Below, piece after piece: positions 26,528-39,384 of a stretch of 64,000 nucleotides of DNA (position 1 is its first letter; each line of letters starts with the position of its first letter). Source of the stretch: Eledone cirrhosa (lineage: Eukaryota); assembly GCA_964016885.1 (NCBI GenBank), contig OZ024762.1, positions 20,646,001 to 20,710,000 on the forward strand, written 5' to 3'. A program made the position numbers and the translations under genes. A model generated the notes under the pieces. It had not been told where the DNA came from, did not search any database, and worked only from the letters and a program-made list of their open reading frames with translations.

Positions 26528-26922
26528 GTGGAGGCACATGGCTTAGTGGTTAGAGCATTGGCCTTGCAATCGAAAGGTTGTGAGTTCAATTCTCGGACTG
26601 GGTGATGTGTTGTTTCCTTGAGCAAGACACTTTATTTCACATTGCTCCAGTTTACTCAGATGTAGAAATGAGATGGTAGGGAGTGGGGTCCCTATCATTC
26701 CACTGCAAAGTGGTCGTGGAGGTGCCATGGCAAAAAAGCACCCAGCCCACACTGTAAAGTAGACGTGTAGGTGCCACAGAAAAAAAGCACCCAGCCCACA
26801 CTGTAAATGAGGTTGGTGTTAGGAAGGGCATCCAGCTGTAGAAATCAAGCCAGAATCAGATCCCGTCCAACCCTTGCAAGCAGGGAAAAGTGGACGTAAA
26901 ATGATGATGATGATGATGATGA
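26528..26922 (+). mobile_element. SINE family A, full length with duplicated internal subunit
   Basis: Head, core, two AAAAAGCACCCAGCCCACACTGTAAA units, tail A. Confidence 0.9.
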
Positions 26923-27477
26923 TATATGTATATATATATATATATATATACATGCACACACACATACATATATATATGTCCATATATATGCATGCAAAGT
27001 TTCCAATTTTCTCTGTTCCTTATTTTCACTGTATTCCTTCCCTTTCTCTCCCCCTCTCCCTCCCTTTCTCTCCCCCCCCCCCCTCCTCCCTCACACTCAC
27101 GCCTTCTTCTTGTTTACATTTTTAATCAATTTTTTAAAATTTTGTTTCATGTTTTGGCAGATAGAAAATATTTTATTGTTTACCTGAGTGTTTTGATGTG
27201 TGAACAGTTTCTGTTATTCTTAATTATCTCTCGTTAAAGTCCATCTCGTTAAAATCCATCCAGCCATTCTTTTGCCTCCAGGTCTTATTGCTCTTCGTTA
27301 TTATTTACAATACGATGTTAATGAAGAATTCAGACAAAGCTATTTATTCTCATAATATCAGCAATCAGTGCTCTACCAATATACTGATCAATACATTTAT
27401 CTCAACACCTGGCTCAGGAGCATTCCATGTGAGTTCTTTCATTGTGCGCAGATCTCTTCCACCTCTTCCCCTTCATT

Positions 27478-27880
27478 GTCTTCTTCTTCTTCTTCTTCTT
27501 CTTCTTCTTCTTCTTCTTCTTCTTCATCTCCATTCTCTTCTTCTTCTTCATCTCCATCCTCTTCTTCTTCATCGTCTTCGTCTTCCACTTCATCTCCATC
27601 TTCTTCTTCGTCTTCTTCGACTTCTTCCTTTCTTCTTTTTACATATATTCTTCTTCTTCTTCTTCTTCTTCTTCTTCTCCTTCATCATCATCATCTTCTT
27701 CTTCTTCTTCTTCATCTCCATCCTCTTCTTCTTCTTCATCTCCATCCTCTTCTTCTTCTTCATCATCTCCTTCTTCTTCGTCTTCTTCTTCTTCGACTTC
27801 TTCTTCCTTTCTTCTTTTTACCTATATTCTTCTCTCCGCCTCCTTCTTCCTCTTCCCCTTCCTCTTCTTCTTTTTCTTCT
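27478..27880. repeat. (CTT)n-rich tract
   Basis: Direct inspection. Confidence 0.95.
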
Positions 27881-28252
27881 TCACACACTTATTCCTGTGA
27901 GGGACCAGAGTGTTGTGGGGGTGGAAACAGGGCCCTAGCACCCCCACCCATCTACCAGAGGTTTCTGTCAGTGTAACTGGAATGAAACAGCTGTGACCTG
28001 CCTCATGTCAGCTCCTTACTCTACAGGTAACATCTACATGCTAGAAACAGCAGTCAAATCTCTCTCAGATCACATCTTAACCATGTAAATTGATTCCTAT
28101 TTTAGGTTTTCAATGTTTATACCAATAAATACTAATATATGTTTATACTAATAGATAGTAAATGTCTATACTAATATATACAAATAAATGTTTATACTAC
28201 TATATACCAAATAATTATATTAATAAATACTAATAAGTGTTTATACTAATAA

Positions 28253-29163
28253 ATAATTGTTTCTACTTTTGGCACAAGGCCAGCAATTACCCCAGTGCAT
28301 TACTGGTACTTTATTTTATCGACCCTCGTAAGGATGAAAGGCAAAGTTAACCTCGGTGAGATTTGAACTCAGAATGGCAAGGGCCGTAACTCTATGCATC
28401 AAAGTATGGCATCCCACCCTCTACCGATACTGCCAATCCACCACCTTTTGCTAATCCACCGCCTTTATACTTATAAATAATTGTTTCTACTTTAGGCACA
28501 AGGCCAGCAATTACCCCAGTGCATTACTGGTACTTTATTTTATCGACCCCGTAAGGATGAAAGGCAAAGTCAACCTCGGCGGGATTTGAACTCAGATCAT
28601 AAAGGGACGTAACTATGCTGGAAAGTATGGCGTCCGACCCTCTACCGATACTGCCAATCCAATAAATAATAAATGTTTATATTACTATAAATTGGTTTCT
28701 GATTTAGGCACAAGGCCAACAATTTTGTGGGAGGGGAAAGTCGATTAAATCCACGCCAGTGCATTACTGGTACTTTATTTTATCAATCCCGTAAGGTTAA
28801 GCTAAACTTGTTGGGATTTGAACAAAAAGAGGTGAAAGAATTCTGACCAGATATGGCCGGTTTAAATGCTAAAGGGTAAAGGCTAACAAGTGCAGCCACC
28901 TAGGGCTCTTCCACAACCTATTTCACTACCAGCATCAGACAGAGGAAAACTGCCTGCCCTTCCTTAGCCAAAACTAGGTGGTGGTAATAATAATAATAAT
29001 AATGATTTTTTTTATTAGCCACACAGGCCTTAAAAGCCACACAGGGCTTAAAATAATGGTTTCTGATTTAGGCACAAAGGCCAACAATTTGGGAGGGGGG
29101 AAGAAAGTCGATTAAATCTACCCCAGTGCATTACAGGTGCTTTATTTTATTGACCCTGTAAGG
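28253..29163 (-). mobile_element. Cluster of four SINE-B copies (28253-28445, 28477-28660, 28690-28822, 29056-29163)
   Basis: Repeated GGCACAAGGCC..CAGTGCATTACTGGTACTTTATTTTATCGACCC. Confidence 0.85.
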
Positions 29164-29177
29164 CCCATACCTGATAG

Positions 29178-31390
29178 ATACTAAATGTTTATAGTAATAT
29201 ATAATATATGTTTATACTATATATAATAAATGTTTATACTATATATACTAAATGTTTATACTATATATACTAAATGTTTATATTATATATACTAAATGTT
29301 TATATTATATATACTAAATGTTTATATTATATATACTAAATGTTTATATTATATATAATATATGTTTATACTATATATACTAAATGTTTATATTATATAT
29401 AATATATGTTTATACTATATATAATAAATGTTTATATTATATATAATAAATGTTTATACTATATATAATAAATGTTTATACTATATATACTAAATGTTTA
29501 TACTATATATAATATATGTTTATACTATATATACTAAATGTTTATATTATATATAATAAATGTTTATACTATATATACTAAATGTTTATATTATATATAA
29601 TAAATGTTTATACTATATATAATAAATGTTTATACTATATATACTAAATGTTTATACTATATATACTAAATGTTTATATTATATATAATAAATGTTTATA
29701 CTATATATACTAAATGTTTATACTATATATACTAAATGTTTATATTATATATAATATATGTTTATACTATATATACTAAATGTTTATATTATATATAATA
29801 AATGTTTATACTATATATAATAAATGTTTATACTATATAATATATGTTTATACTATATATACTAAATGTTTATACTATATATAATATATGTTTATACTAT
29901 AAATAATATATGTTTATACTATATATACTAAATGTTTATACTATATATACTATATATACTAAATGTTTATACTATATATAATATATGTTTATACTATATA
30001 TACTAAATGTTTATACTATATATACTAAATGTTTATACTATATATAATATATGTTTATACTATATATAATATATGTTTATACTATATATAATATATGTTT
30101 ATACTATATATACTAAATGTTTATACTATATATAATATATGTTTATACTATATATAATATATGTTTATACTATATATACTAAATGTTTATACTATATATA
30201 ATATATGTTTATACTATATATAATATATGTTTATACTATATATACTAAATGTTTATACTATATATAATATATGTTTATACTATATATAATTGTTTCTACT
30301 TTTTGGCACAAGGCCAGCAATTACGCCCAGTACATTACTGGTACTTTATTTTATCGACCCCGTAAGGATGAAAGGCAAAGTCAACCTCGGCGGGATTAAA
30401 ACTATATATAATATATGTTTATACTATACAGAGCCGTCTCAACACATGGGCACGCTGGATAGGGGACCCATTTGTATTTTTATTCCTGTGAGTGGTTGTG
30501 TTGGTAGGGGCCCCAGTGCTCTGCTTTGCCCGGCGGGGCCTATAATGTTATTAAGACGGCCCTGATACTATATATAATATGTTTATACTATATATATATA
30601 GTATATATATAATATGTTTATACTATATATATATATATATAGTATATATATAATATGTTTATACTATATATATATATAGTATATATATAATATGTTTATA
30701 CTATATATATATATATATATATATATAGTATATATATATGTTTATACTATATATATATATATATATAGTATATATATAATATGTTTATACTATATATATA
30801 TATATATATAGTATATATATAATATGTTTATACTATATATATATATAGTATATATATAATATGTTTATACTATATATATATAGTATATATATAATATGTT
30901 TATACTATATATATATATATAGTATATATATAATATGTTTATACTATATATATATATAGTATATATATAATATGTTTATACTATATATATATATATATAG
31001 TATATATATAATATGTTTATACTATATATATATATATATATAGTATATATATAATATGTTTATACTATATATATATATATATAATATGTTTATACTATAT
31101 ATATATATATATATATAATATGTTTATACTATATATATATAGTATATATATAATATGTTTATACTATATATATATAGTATATATATATGTTTATACTATA
31201 TATATATATATATATATAGTATAAATATAATATGTTTATACTATATATATATATATATAGTATATATATAATATGTTTATACTATATATATATAGTATAT
31301 ATATAATATGTTTATACTATATATATATATAGTATATATATAATATGTTTATACTATATATATATAGTATATATATAATATGTTTATAGT
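29178..31390. repeat. ~20-bp AT-rich minisatellite (AAATGTTTATACTATATATACT-like), interrupted by SINE-B (30287-30397) and a hAT MITE
   Basis: Direct inspection; units right of the MITE contain palindromic TAC(TA)nGTA. Confidence 0.9.
30429..30564. mobile_element. hAT-superfamily MITE
   Basis: TIRs CAGAGCCGTCTCAA/TTAAGACGGCCCTG; exact 8-bp TSD ATACTATA (30421-30428, 30565-30572). Confidence 0.85.
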
Positions 31391-31587
31391 AATATTGCAT
31401 AAATGTGAGAAATAATCCCACTGAAACTCCAGCTTCACACATACAAACAATCACATACACACGCAATACATAAACATACATACACACAAATGCTCATACA
31501 CATACATACATACACACACAGATACAGTAAGTGTCTAGAAGTCAGTAATGGTGATTAATGCAGACATTGGAGTCATTTGATGGTGGC

Positions 31588-31610
31588 AGAGAGAGGGAGA
31601 GGGAGAGAGA

Positions 31611-31683
<73 letters not shown>

Positions 31684-31723
31684 AGAGAGTGAAAGTGAGA
31701 GAGAGAGAGACTAGACTAAAGAG

Positions 31724-31769
<46 letters not shown>

Positions 31770-31863
31770 AGTGAGAGAGAGAGAGAGCGAAAGATAGAGT
31801 GAGAGAGAGAGTGAATGAGAGAGAGAGTGAAAGTGAGAGAGAGAGAGAGACTAGACTAAAGAG

Positions 31864-31903
<40 letters not shown>

Positions 31904-32160
31904 AGAGAGTGAAAGTGAGAGAGAGAGAGAGAATGAGAGAGAGTGAAAGTGAGAGAGAGAGAGAGAGTGAAAGTGAGAGAGAGAGAGAGAGCGAAAGATA
32001 GAGTGAGAGAGAGAGTGAATGAGAGAGAGAGTGAAAGTGAGAGAGAGAGACTAGACTAAAGAGAAACAGAGAGAGAGAGAGAGAGTGTTAAACACAGAGA
32101 GAGAGAGTGAGAAAGAGAGTGAGAGAAAGAGAGAGAGTAGACTAAAGAAGTGTTAAACAG
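31588..32160. repeat. (GA)n compound microsatellite
   Basis: Direct inspection. Confidence 0.95.
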
Positions 32161-32334
32161 AGACAACAAGGAAGATTACTTCTTCAGTTATATTCAATTA
32201 AGAAGGAAAGAAAATAAACAGCTTTAAAATAAATGAATAAATAAATATATAAATAATTAAATAACTAAATAAATACACAAATAGATAAATTAATTATACA
32301 CACACACACATACACTCACACACACGTATATATA

Positions 32335-32530
32335 TTTTAATATAGAAATGGCTTCTACAGGACTAGAACTGTTTCATTCGAAGGAAATTATCAGGAAAGC
32401 CCTGATGATTTCCTTCGAATGAAACAGTTCTAGTCCTGTAGAAGCCATTTCTATATTAAAAATTTATACTCTTCTATGTATTAACTACCTTACTTACTGT
32501 GGTTTCCCCCGATTGAACTTGATTGAACAT
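32335..32530. mobile_element. Fold-back element (61-bp arms) with HHR core
   Basis: Arms 32335-32395/32401-32461; CTGATGA-TTTCCTTCGAAT-GAAAC-AGTTCTA-GTC; relative at 49608-49663. Confidence 0.75.
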
Positions 32531-32699
32531 ATTACCCACTCTACTACCGCAAGTATTGAGTACTCTGGTGGGTTAGGGTCTAGCTGGTTTTTACTGCACC
32601 CTATTTGATATATATATATATATATAGGGTGCCCCAGCATGGCCTCAGCCGGATGGCTGAAACAGGTAAAAGAGTAAAAAAAAAAGAGAATATATATTG

Positions 32700-32976
32700 A
32701 AGTTTCCGTTAAAAATTGAAAAAGTCATAGGAGTGAAGAGTGCTCTATGTAAGTACCAGAGCTAAATTTAATGTATAATAAACAATACAATATAATTACC
32801 TCATTACCAGAGGTTTCCCGAATAAGACGAATACAAGAAGCGTCCTCATTCGTTCGTCAGACAAGGCAATTTCCTTGTCCGACGGAAATTGCCTTGTCCG
32901 ACGAACGAATGAGGATGTTTCTTGTATTCGTCTTATTCGGGAAACCTCTGGTAATGAGGTAATTATATTGTATTGT
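32700..32976 (-). mobile_element. Fold-back element (tail plus 93-bp arms)
   Basis: Arms 32782-32874/32884-32976, 9-nt spacer. Confidence 0.85.
32794..32871 (-). ncRNA. Canonical type I hammerhead ribozyme
   Basis: AATTGCCTTGT-CTGACGA-A CGAATGAGGACG..CGTCTTATTCG G-GAAA-CC TCT GG-TA^ATGAGGTAATT; 11-bp stem I, long stem II, GUA site. Confidence 0.8.
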
Positions 32977-33458
32977 ATTGTACAGTTCCCGTCCCACCCT
33001 TGCAAGCAGGGAAAAGTGGACGTAAAAATGATGATGATGATGATGATGATATATATATATATATAAAAATAACAAAATAAGATGCTGAGGTTACATATAT
33101 CGTTTAATCATTATAATTATTTCCATGGTTCTCCATGCAATTGAGATGTCCTTCAAGCATTTGCTGTTGATTATAAGAACGGCATCCTCAGATGAATAAC
33201 TGATATGTTTGATATGTCGCTGACAGGAAAAAACACACATCCTATTGCTTGTGTGCTCCATTGTAACTAAAAACAACGATTGTTGAGAGCCTACTCCTGC
33301 TTAATCCAGTTTTTACCAAAACAATCTTTTCCGAACGGCAATTGTCCCACTTTATCTGATCTTAGGAAGGAGGGAGGAAAAATAAATAAATATAACAGCT
33401 ATTCTGATTATGAAAATGTTATATTGACAAATCAATCTGTGGTGAATATGTTGTTATA

Positions 33459-34098
33459 TATCAGGGATCAGATGTTGTTTACTCGAGAGAAGGCTACGTT
33501 GGTATGGACACGTGATGCGCATGAAAGACGACAGCTGTATAACAAAGTGCAGGGCAATAAAGATAGACGGTAGCCACGGAATAGGCAGACCTAGAAAAAC
33601 CTGGGATGAGCTGATAAACTCCGACCTCACACACTTACACCTCTCCAAGACAATGTCACTGGACCGAGACCTTTGGCAGTACTCAGTAATAGAGAAGACC
33701 CGCCTTACCTAAATACATAGTAAAACCTACTACAGTCAGTAGGCATCTCTAACAAAATACACCCCCGTCCCACCACCCCATCCACACCGCCCCTTTCAAT
33801 GTAAAGTTATGTTGGTGCCACACCATCCAGGCCGAAACAAATGAGATCGTGTAGGTGTCACGACAAAAAAACACACAGTCCACGCTGTAATGTGACCGTG
33901 TAGGCAACACGGTAAAAACCTCCCTGTCCCACACTGTAAATGTGGTTGGTGTTAGGAAGGGCATCCAGCTGTAGAAAACCCGCCAGACAGTCCTATGCAA
34001 GCAAGACAACCACTCTTGCCTCAAGTGGGAAAACCCCCGTCCAAACCCATGCAAGCGTGGAACACGGACGTTAAACGTTGATGATGATGATGATGATG
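33459..34098 (+). mobile_element. 5'-truncated RTE LINE family C with long 3' UTR
   Basis: ISGIRCCLLERRLRWYGHVMRMKDDSCITKCR..GRPRKTW..; stop at 33712; UTR with shared module and tail C. Confidence 0.9.
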
Positions 34099-34419
34099 AT
34101 ATATATATATATTGTATGTGTTGTATATATCATCATCATCAACAACAGCAGCAGCATCGTTTAACTTCCATCTTAGCATGGGTTGGCGGGGTTTGTCCCA
34201 ATTGAGGCAAGATTGGTCGGGTGACCATGTCTCGCTCATAAAGAACTGTTTCTGGCAGGTTTTCTATGGCTGGAGGCCCTTCCTAATGCCAACCACATTT
34301 ACAGTGTGGACTGGGAGCCTTCTTACTGTATCTCCTACCTCACCACTTTATACAGTATGCACCACCTCACCCCAACTTCCCATACATCTCCCAAGAGGAC
34401 AGGCCGAATTATACATCTA

Positions 34420-34876
34420 GTGAAGCCCCCAGCCCACACTGTAAAGTGGTTGTGTAGGTGTCACAACACAAATCACCCAGTCCACACTGTAAATTGGTTG
34501 TGTACATGTCACAACACAAAGCACCCAGTCCCCACTGTAAAGTGGTCGTGTAGGTGACACAACAAAAAGCCTCCAGTCCACATTGTAAATTGGTCGTGTA
34601 GGTGTCACAACAAAAAGCACCCAGTCCATACTGTAAAGTGGTCATGTAGATGTAATGATGAAAAGCACCCAGCACATGCTGTAAATGAGGTTGTGAAGTT
34701 GGCATTAAGAGCATCTAGCTGTAGAAACCAAACCAGAATCAATTCTGTATGAGCAAGACATGGTCACCTGATCTAGCATTGCTCCCACCAGGACAACTCA
34801 TCTAACCTAATCTTGCCTCAAGTGGGGCAAAACCGTCCAACCCATGCTAGCATGAAAAATGGACATTGAATGATGA
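34420..34876 (+). mobile_element. SINE/LINE-UTR copy with ~6 tandem ~43-bp internal subunits
   Basis: Repeated CCAGTCCACACTGTAAAGTGGTCGTGTAGGTG..; RTE-type tail. Confidence 0.75.
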
Positions 34877-34892
34877 TTATATATATATATGT

Positions 34893-35012
34893 GTCTAGGG
34901 CGGGTAAAATTCCCAAGATCAATGGACGCGTTCTCTTCAGCAGTCTCTGTCCCTCATTATTGCTGCCATGTCCTGCGTCTCCAAGAGACCAGTGTCTGCC
35001 CTTAGGGCATCA
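34893..35012 (-). mobile_element. LINE C-terminal fragment (RTE-like)
   Basis: Minus translation DALRADTGLLETQDMAAIMRDRDC*RERV resembles the RTE C-terminal DTGL..M.DR..WR motif. Confidence 0.5.
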
Positions 35013-35689
35013 ACAGATGATTCTTTAAAGAATCATCTGTGCTCTACCAACATGCTAAGATAGAACACAGGGGTAGATTAGAGAACATAGAAATAAAAAT
35101 AGAATCCACACACAGAAAAGATGCAATGTTTAGGCAAATTACAGAGGCAGTAAGCATAAAAGAATTACAACCAAAATTAAATAGAAAATATGAGTGGAAC
35201 AGCAACATCACAACTTACAATTAAGGACAAAATGAAAACACACACACACATAGAACAAACAACCAACCAACAATAAATAAATAAACAAATAGATAAATGA
35301 ACACAAACACACACAGACACCCGGATGTGGCGCATGCGCAAACTGAGCACACAACACACACACAGAAACAAAATGGCGTAGGATAGAAGAAAGGAAAGGC
35401 ACAGAAACAAAGGAAGGAATCCCCAGTCACTGAATAGGTCACAGAGTGTGTGACGAAAGGACTATGACTATATATAAACAACTATCTGGTTGTGGAACCA
35501 ACCAACCAACCAGGAATTTATAGGTTTGTAGATTTGTAAATTTATAAATTTATAAATATATAATAAATTGAAGTGAAAGCAACTGGTGCGTGTGTTTCTT
35601 ATTGGCAACATGACCCTCCCAAAGTATAACAATATCGGTTTCAACACACGATTTCAGATAAAGAATCTTGCTAAACAAATTCAGAAACG

Positions 35690-35691
<2 letters not shown>
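35013..35691 (+). mobile_element. Heavily 5'-truncated Penelope-like element (GIY-YIG tail plus terminal repeat)
   Basis: KESSVLYQH..RQITEAVSIKELQPKLNRKYEWN homologous to ORF 35848-36945; HHR-like motif 35425-35469; 3' end shared with 37430-37517, 48600-48780 and 51701-51785. Confidence 0.85.
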
Positions 35692-35745
<54 letters not shown>

Positions 35746-35847
35746 ATATTTGGGGAGGGTCATATTTGCGTAATATTGCCAGAATTAATAACAGAACACA
35801 CTCACTGTTTGGTTGGTTTTCGCTTCTCGCTGTCTTTTATATATATA

Positions 35848-36945
35848 GATTTAGAACGTAGCACGATGGAAAGCATCCAGCAGATAGCTAATTCCATACA
35901 CCAGAGTATAACTGTAACTATAGACTTCCCTTCCAAACACCCTAACAATAGACTACCTGTATTAGACACAGAACTCTGGATTAACACTATAGACGAGAGA
36001 GCCCAAATTCTCCACTCACACTATGCTAAACCCATGGCCTCCAAATACCTGATACTCAAAAACTCAGCAATGTCCAGTAGTGCTAAGTTTAATATTCTGA
36101 TCGCAGATTTGGTACGAGTGATGAAGAATGTGTCCAGCATGTGCGACCCAACAGAAATGGAAGGACACATCCAACACTTCATCAACCGCATGCAGTTCTC
36201 TGGCTACAACCAAAGAGACAGAGTCAGAGTATACGAAGGAGCCATGGAAAAGTATAAGACCCTCATAGAACTGGACATGAAAGGAATTTGCCCACTATAC
36301 AGGAGCAAATCATGGAATAGCTTAGATAGGGCTAGACATAAGATAGGGAAGGCCACATCATGGTACGACAACCAGAGATATCAGAGTGTCATGTTTGTGG
36401 ACGCCACCCCTGGAGGGAAATTAGCTAACCAGTGTAGAAAGGCCCTGAGAAAGACCCACTTAAAAATAAAGGTGGTAGAAAAGCCAGGAACCACCATAAA
36501 ATCCCTGATCAGCAAAACCTACCCTTTTAAGAAAACCCACTGTACCAATAGGAAATGTATCATATGTAAGGTGAACCCCCGGATAAACTGTAAAACTAGA
36601 AACGTAGTCTATAGCATAAGATGTACAGAGGGTACTTGTAGAAACACGACAACAACATACATAGGTGAGACAGCTCGTAGCATAGGTGAAAGGATAGACC
36701 AACACTGGGGGGAACTAAAAGGACGAAAAAACGGGTCAGTACTATACGAACATGCTAGACAACATCATGACGGTAACATAGACAACATAGAAATTAGAAT
36801 AATATCTAAACATAGGAATGACCCAGCAGATAGGCAAATCAGAGAGGCCAGTGAAATAGAAATTAGAAGACCAAAGCTAAACAGAAAGAATGAGTGGAAC
36901 AACAACAACACCCAAACAAACAACACTGACCTAAGAGAAGTATAA
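35848..36945 (+). CDS. PLE polyprotein fragment: RT C-terminus/thumb, Cys linker, GIY-YIG endonuclease
   Basis: LPVLDTELW, CTNRKCIIC..C, VVYSIRC..YIGETARSIGERIDQH, SVLYEHARQHH, RQIREA..I..LN; open frame but lacks the RT catalytic core. Confidence 0.85.
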   Translation, partial: DLERSTMESIQQIANSIHQSITVTIDFPSKHPNNRLPVLDTELWINTIDERAQILHSHYAKPMASKYLILKNSAMSSSAKFNILIADLVRVMKNVSSMCDPTEMEGHIQHFINRMQFSGYNQRDRVRVYEGAMEKYKTLIELDMKGICPLYRSKSWNSLDRARHKIGKATSWYDNQRYQSVMFVDATPGGKLANQCRKALRKTHLKIKVVEKPGTTIKSLISKTYPFKKTHCTNRKCIICKVNPRINCKTRNVVYSIRCTEGTCRNTTTTYIGETARSIGERIDQHWGELKGRKNGSVLYEHARQHHDGNIDNIEIRIISKHRNDPADRQIREASEIEIRRPKLNRKNEWNNNNTQTNNTDLREV

Positions 36946-37204
36946 ATAAAATAAGTTAAGTAAATTAAATTAAATAAAATAAGATAAATAAATACATACA
37001 CAAGCACATAAACACACACTAGTCACCCAGCAGACACAACACTATACACACTAGTCACACATCACACACGCAAACGCATGCGCAAAGAAGACAAAATAAA
37101 ATAAGATAAACAAACAAGCAAACAAATAAATAAATATATAGACGGACTGAACAAGAAAAATGGCGTAGACATACAACACAACAGGAGGAACAATGAATAT
37201 AACA

Positions 37205-37242
37205 CCACTGACGATGTTGCAGATGTGCAACGAAAGATTTAT
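37205..37242 (+). ncRNA. Hammerhead-like motif in PLE 3' terminal repeat
   Basis: CTGACGA-T GTTGCA GATG TGCAAC-GAAA; stems I and III weak. Confidence 0.5.
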
Positions 37243-37809
37243 GTAAACTATATATATATGTGTTTGTCTATATTGTATCTGTATTATTTTATTTTTGACC
37301 GCCGGTCAGTCAATGGCAACATTGAGGACCGAGTAAGTTAGATCGCAGATATATATATATAAAAGACAGCGAGAAGCGAAAACCAACCAAACAGTGAGTG
37401 TGTTCTGTTATTAATTCTGGCAATATTACGCAAATATGACCCTCCCCAAATATAACAATATCTGTTTCGACACACGATTTCATATAAAAAACCTCGCAAA
37501 ACTAATTCATCGCCGCTATATATATATATATATATATATATGTAGGTGTATGTCTGTATGATTAAGTATGCATATTTAGATATGTATGTAGGTATATGTG
37601 TAAATATATAAATATATGCATGTGTGTTTGTGTGTATATATTTCAGCTGTATTTGATAACTATTTGGGTATGGGCAGGGAGGGAGGAAGTAGAATGGGTG
37701 GTGGTGGTGGGGTGGGGATGGGGGGAGAACAGAGATAGAGAAATAAGATCGAAGTTGACCGTATCTTCTGCGGCAATGTCCTGTTTATTTGTGAATGTAT
37801 GTATGTATG

Positions 37810-37907
<98 letters not shown>

Positions 37908-37944
37908 AATTTATATAGTTAACTGTCACTAATATTAGACATCT

Positions 37945-37987
<43 letters not shown>

Positions 37988-38035
37988 CATGTATGTATAT
38001 ATATATATATATATATGTATACATATATATATATG

Positions 38036-38088
<53 letters not shown>

Positions 38089-38121
38089 TTATAAATTTAT
38101 ATCCATATATATATGTATATA

Positions 38122-38258
<137 letters not shown>

Positions 38259-38599
38259 TATTCCGAGGTTATATATATATATATATATATATAAATTTAT
38301 ATATATATGTGTGTGTGTGTTTATTTCTACAATAAATTGTCTGTCAGTTCCAACTGTCTGCTTAGATGTCTGTTAAGTCATGTGATCTGTCTGCTGGCCT
38401 GTACTTCCTCTCCTCTCCAATTGTCTCAGCTATCTGTATATCTCTCTATCTCTCTTTCCTTCTTTTTCTCACTCTCCCCCTCACTCTCTTCTCCACACTA
38501 TGGCTTTATCAGTGTCTCTTTCCTCTATATCATTGCTGTATTGTCCTGATAACAGACACACAAATATATATGTATAATATATATATATACTATATATAT

Positions 38600-39080
38600 A
38601 TCATCATCATCATTATCATCATCATCATCACCGTTTTACGTCCGTTCTTCCACGCTAGCATGGGTTAGACGGGTTGTCCTGTTGTGGGCAGTGTCTGGTC
38701 GGCTCACCTTGTCTTGCTCATACAAGAACTGATTCTGGCTTGATTTCTACAGCTGGATGCCCTTCCTAACACCAAGCTCATTTACAGTGAGTGCTGGGTG
38801 CTTGTTCGTGGCGCCTACACGTCCACTTTACAGTGTGGGCTGGGTGCTTTTTTGCCGTGGCACCTCCATGACCACCTTGCAGTGGGAGGGTGTGGGGGCA
38901 TATTGTCTATATGCTTCAGCTTGTACCCATGGGAGGTCGGGTACTCTGTATTACTGCGTGATGCCAGAGGTCACGGTCGTGTGTCGTCGCCTTGGAGAGG
39001 TGTAATTGGGTAAGGTCGGCTTTTATCACCTCATCCCAGGTCATCTTGGGTCTCCCCACTCCACGGTTTCCATCGACTTC

Positions 39081-39082
<2 letters not shown>
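38600..39082 (-). mobile_element. RTE LINE family B 3' fragment
   Basis: [23 protein letters not shown].. plus SINE-like UTR and tail B. Confidence 0.9.
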
Positions 39083-39130
<48 letters not shown>

Positions 39131-39341
39131 AGTATGTATACGTACATACATATATGTATACAGACGTACAGTAGTATGTATATATATACATACATGCACA
39201 CATATATATATGCACGTATCGGTTTACCGAACATTTATTATAATGCTCGGTTTGTTTGTTTGTAAACAAACAAACACCACGAATTACGCCGTACAGTGTT
39301 TAGGCAACCACGTCACCTTTTTGTTCAACACTGACACAGGA

Positions 39342-39384
39342 ACGATGTACTAGTTTCAAGCTTATTAGCTATCGTCAGCATCGT
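39342..39384 (-). ncRNA. Minimal type I hammerhead with palindromic stem III
   Basis: ACGATG-CTGACGA-TAGCT AATA AGCTT-GAAA-CTAG-TA^CATCGT. Confidence 0.75.

Larger units (their letters stand above)
35738..37517 (+). mobile_element. Penelope-like retroelement, 5'-truncated, with inverted 5' partial terminal repeat
   Basis: 35738-35847 is the reverse complement of 37352-37461; coding body in between; flanked by (TA)n on both sides. Confidence 0.9.
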
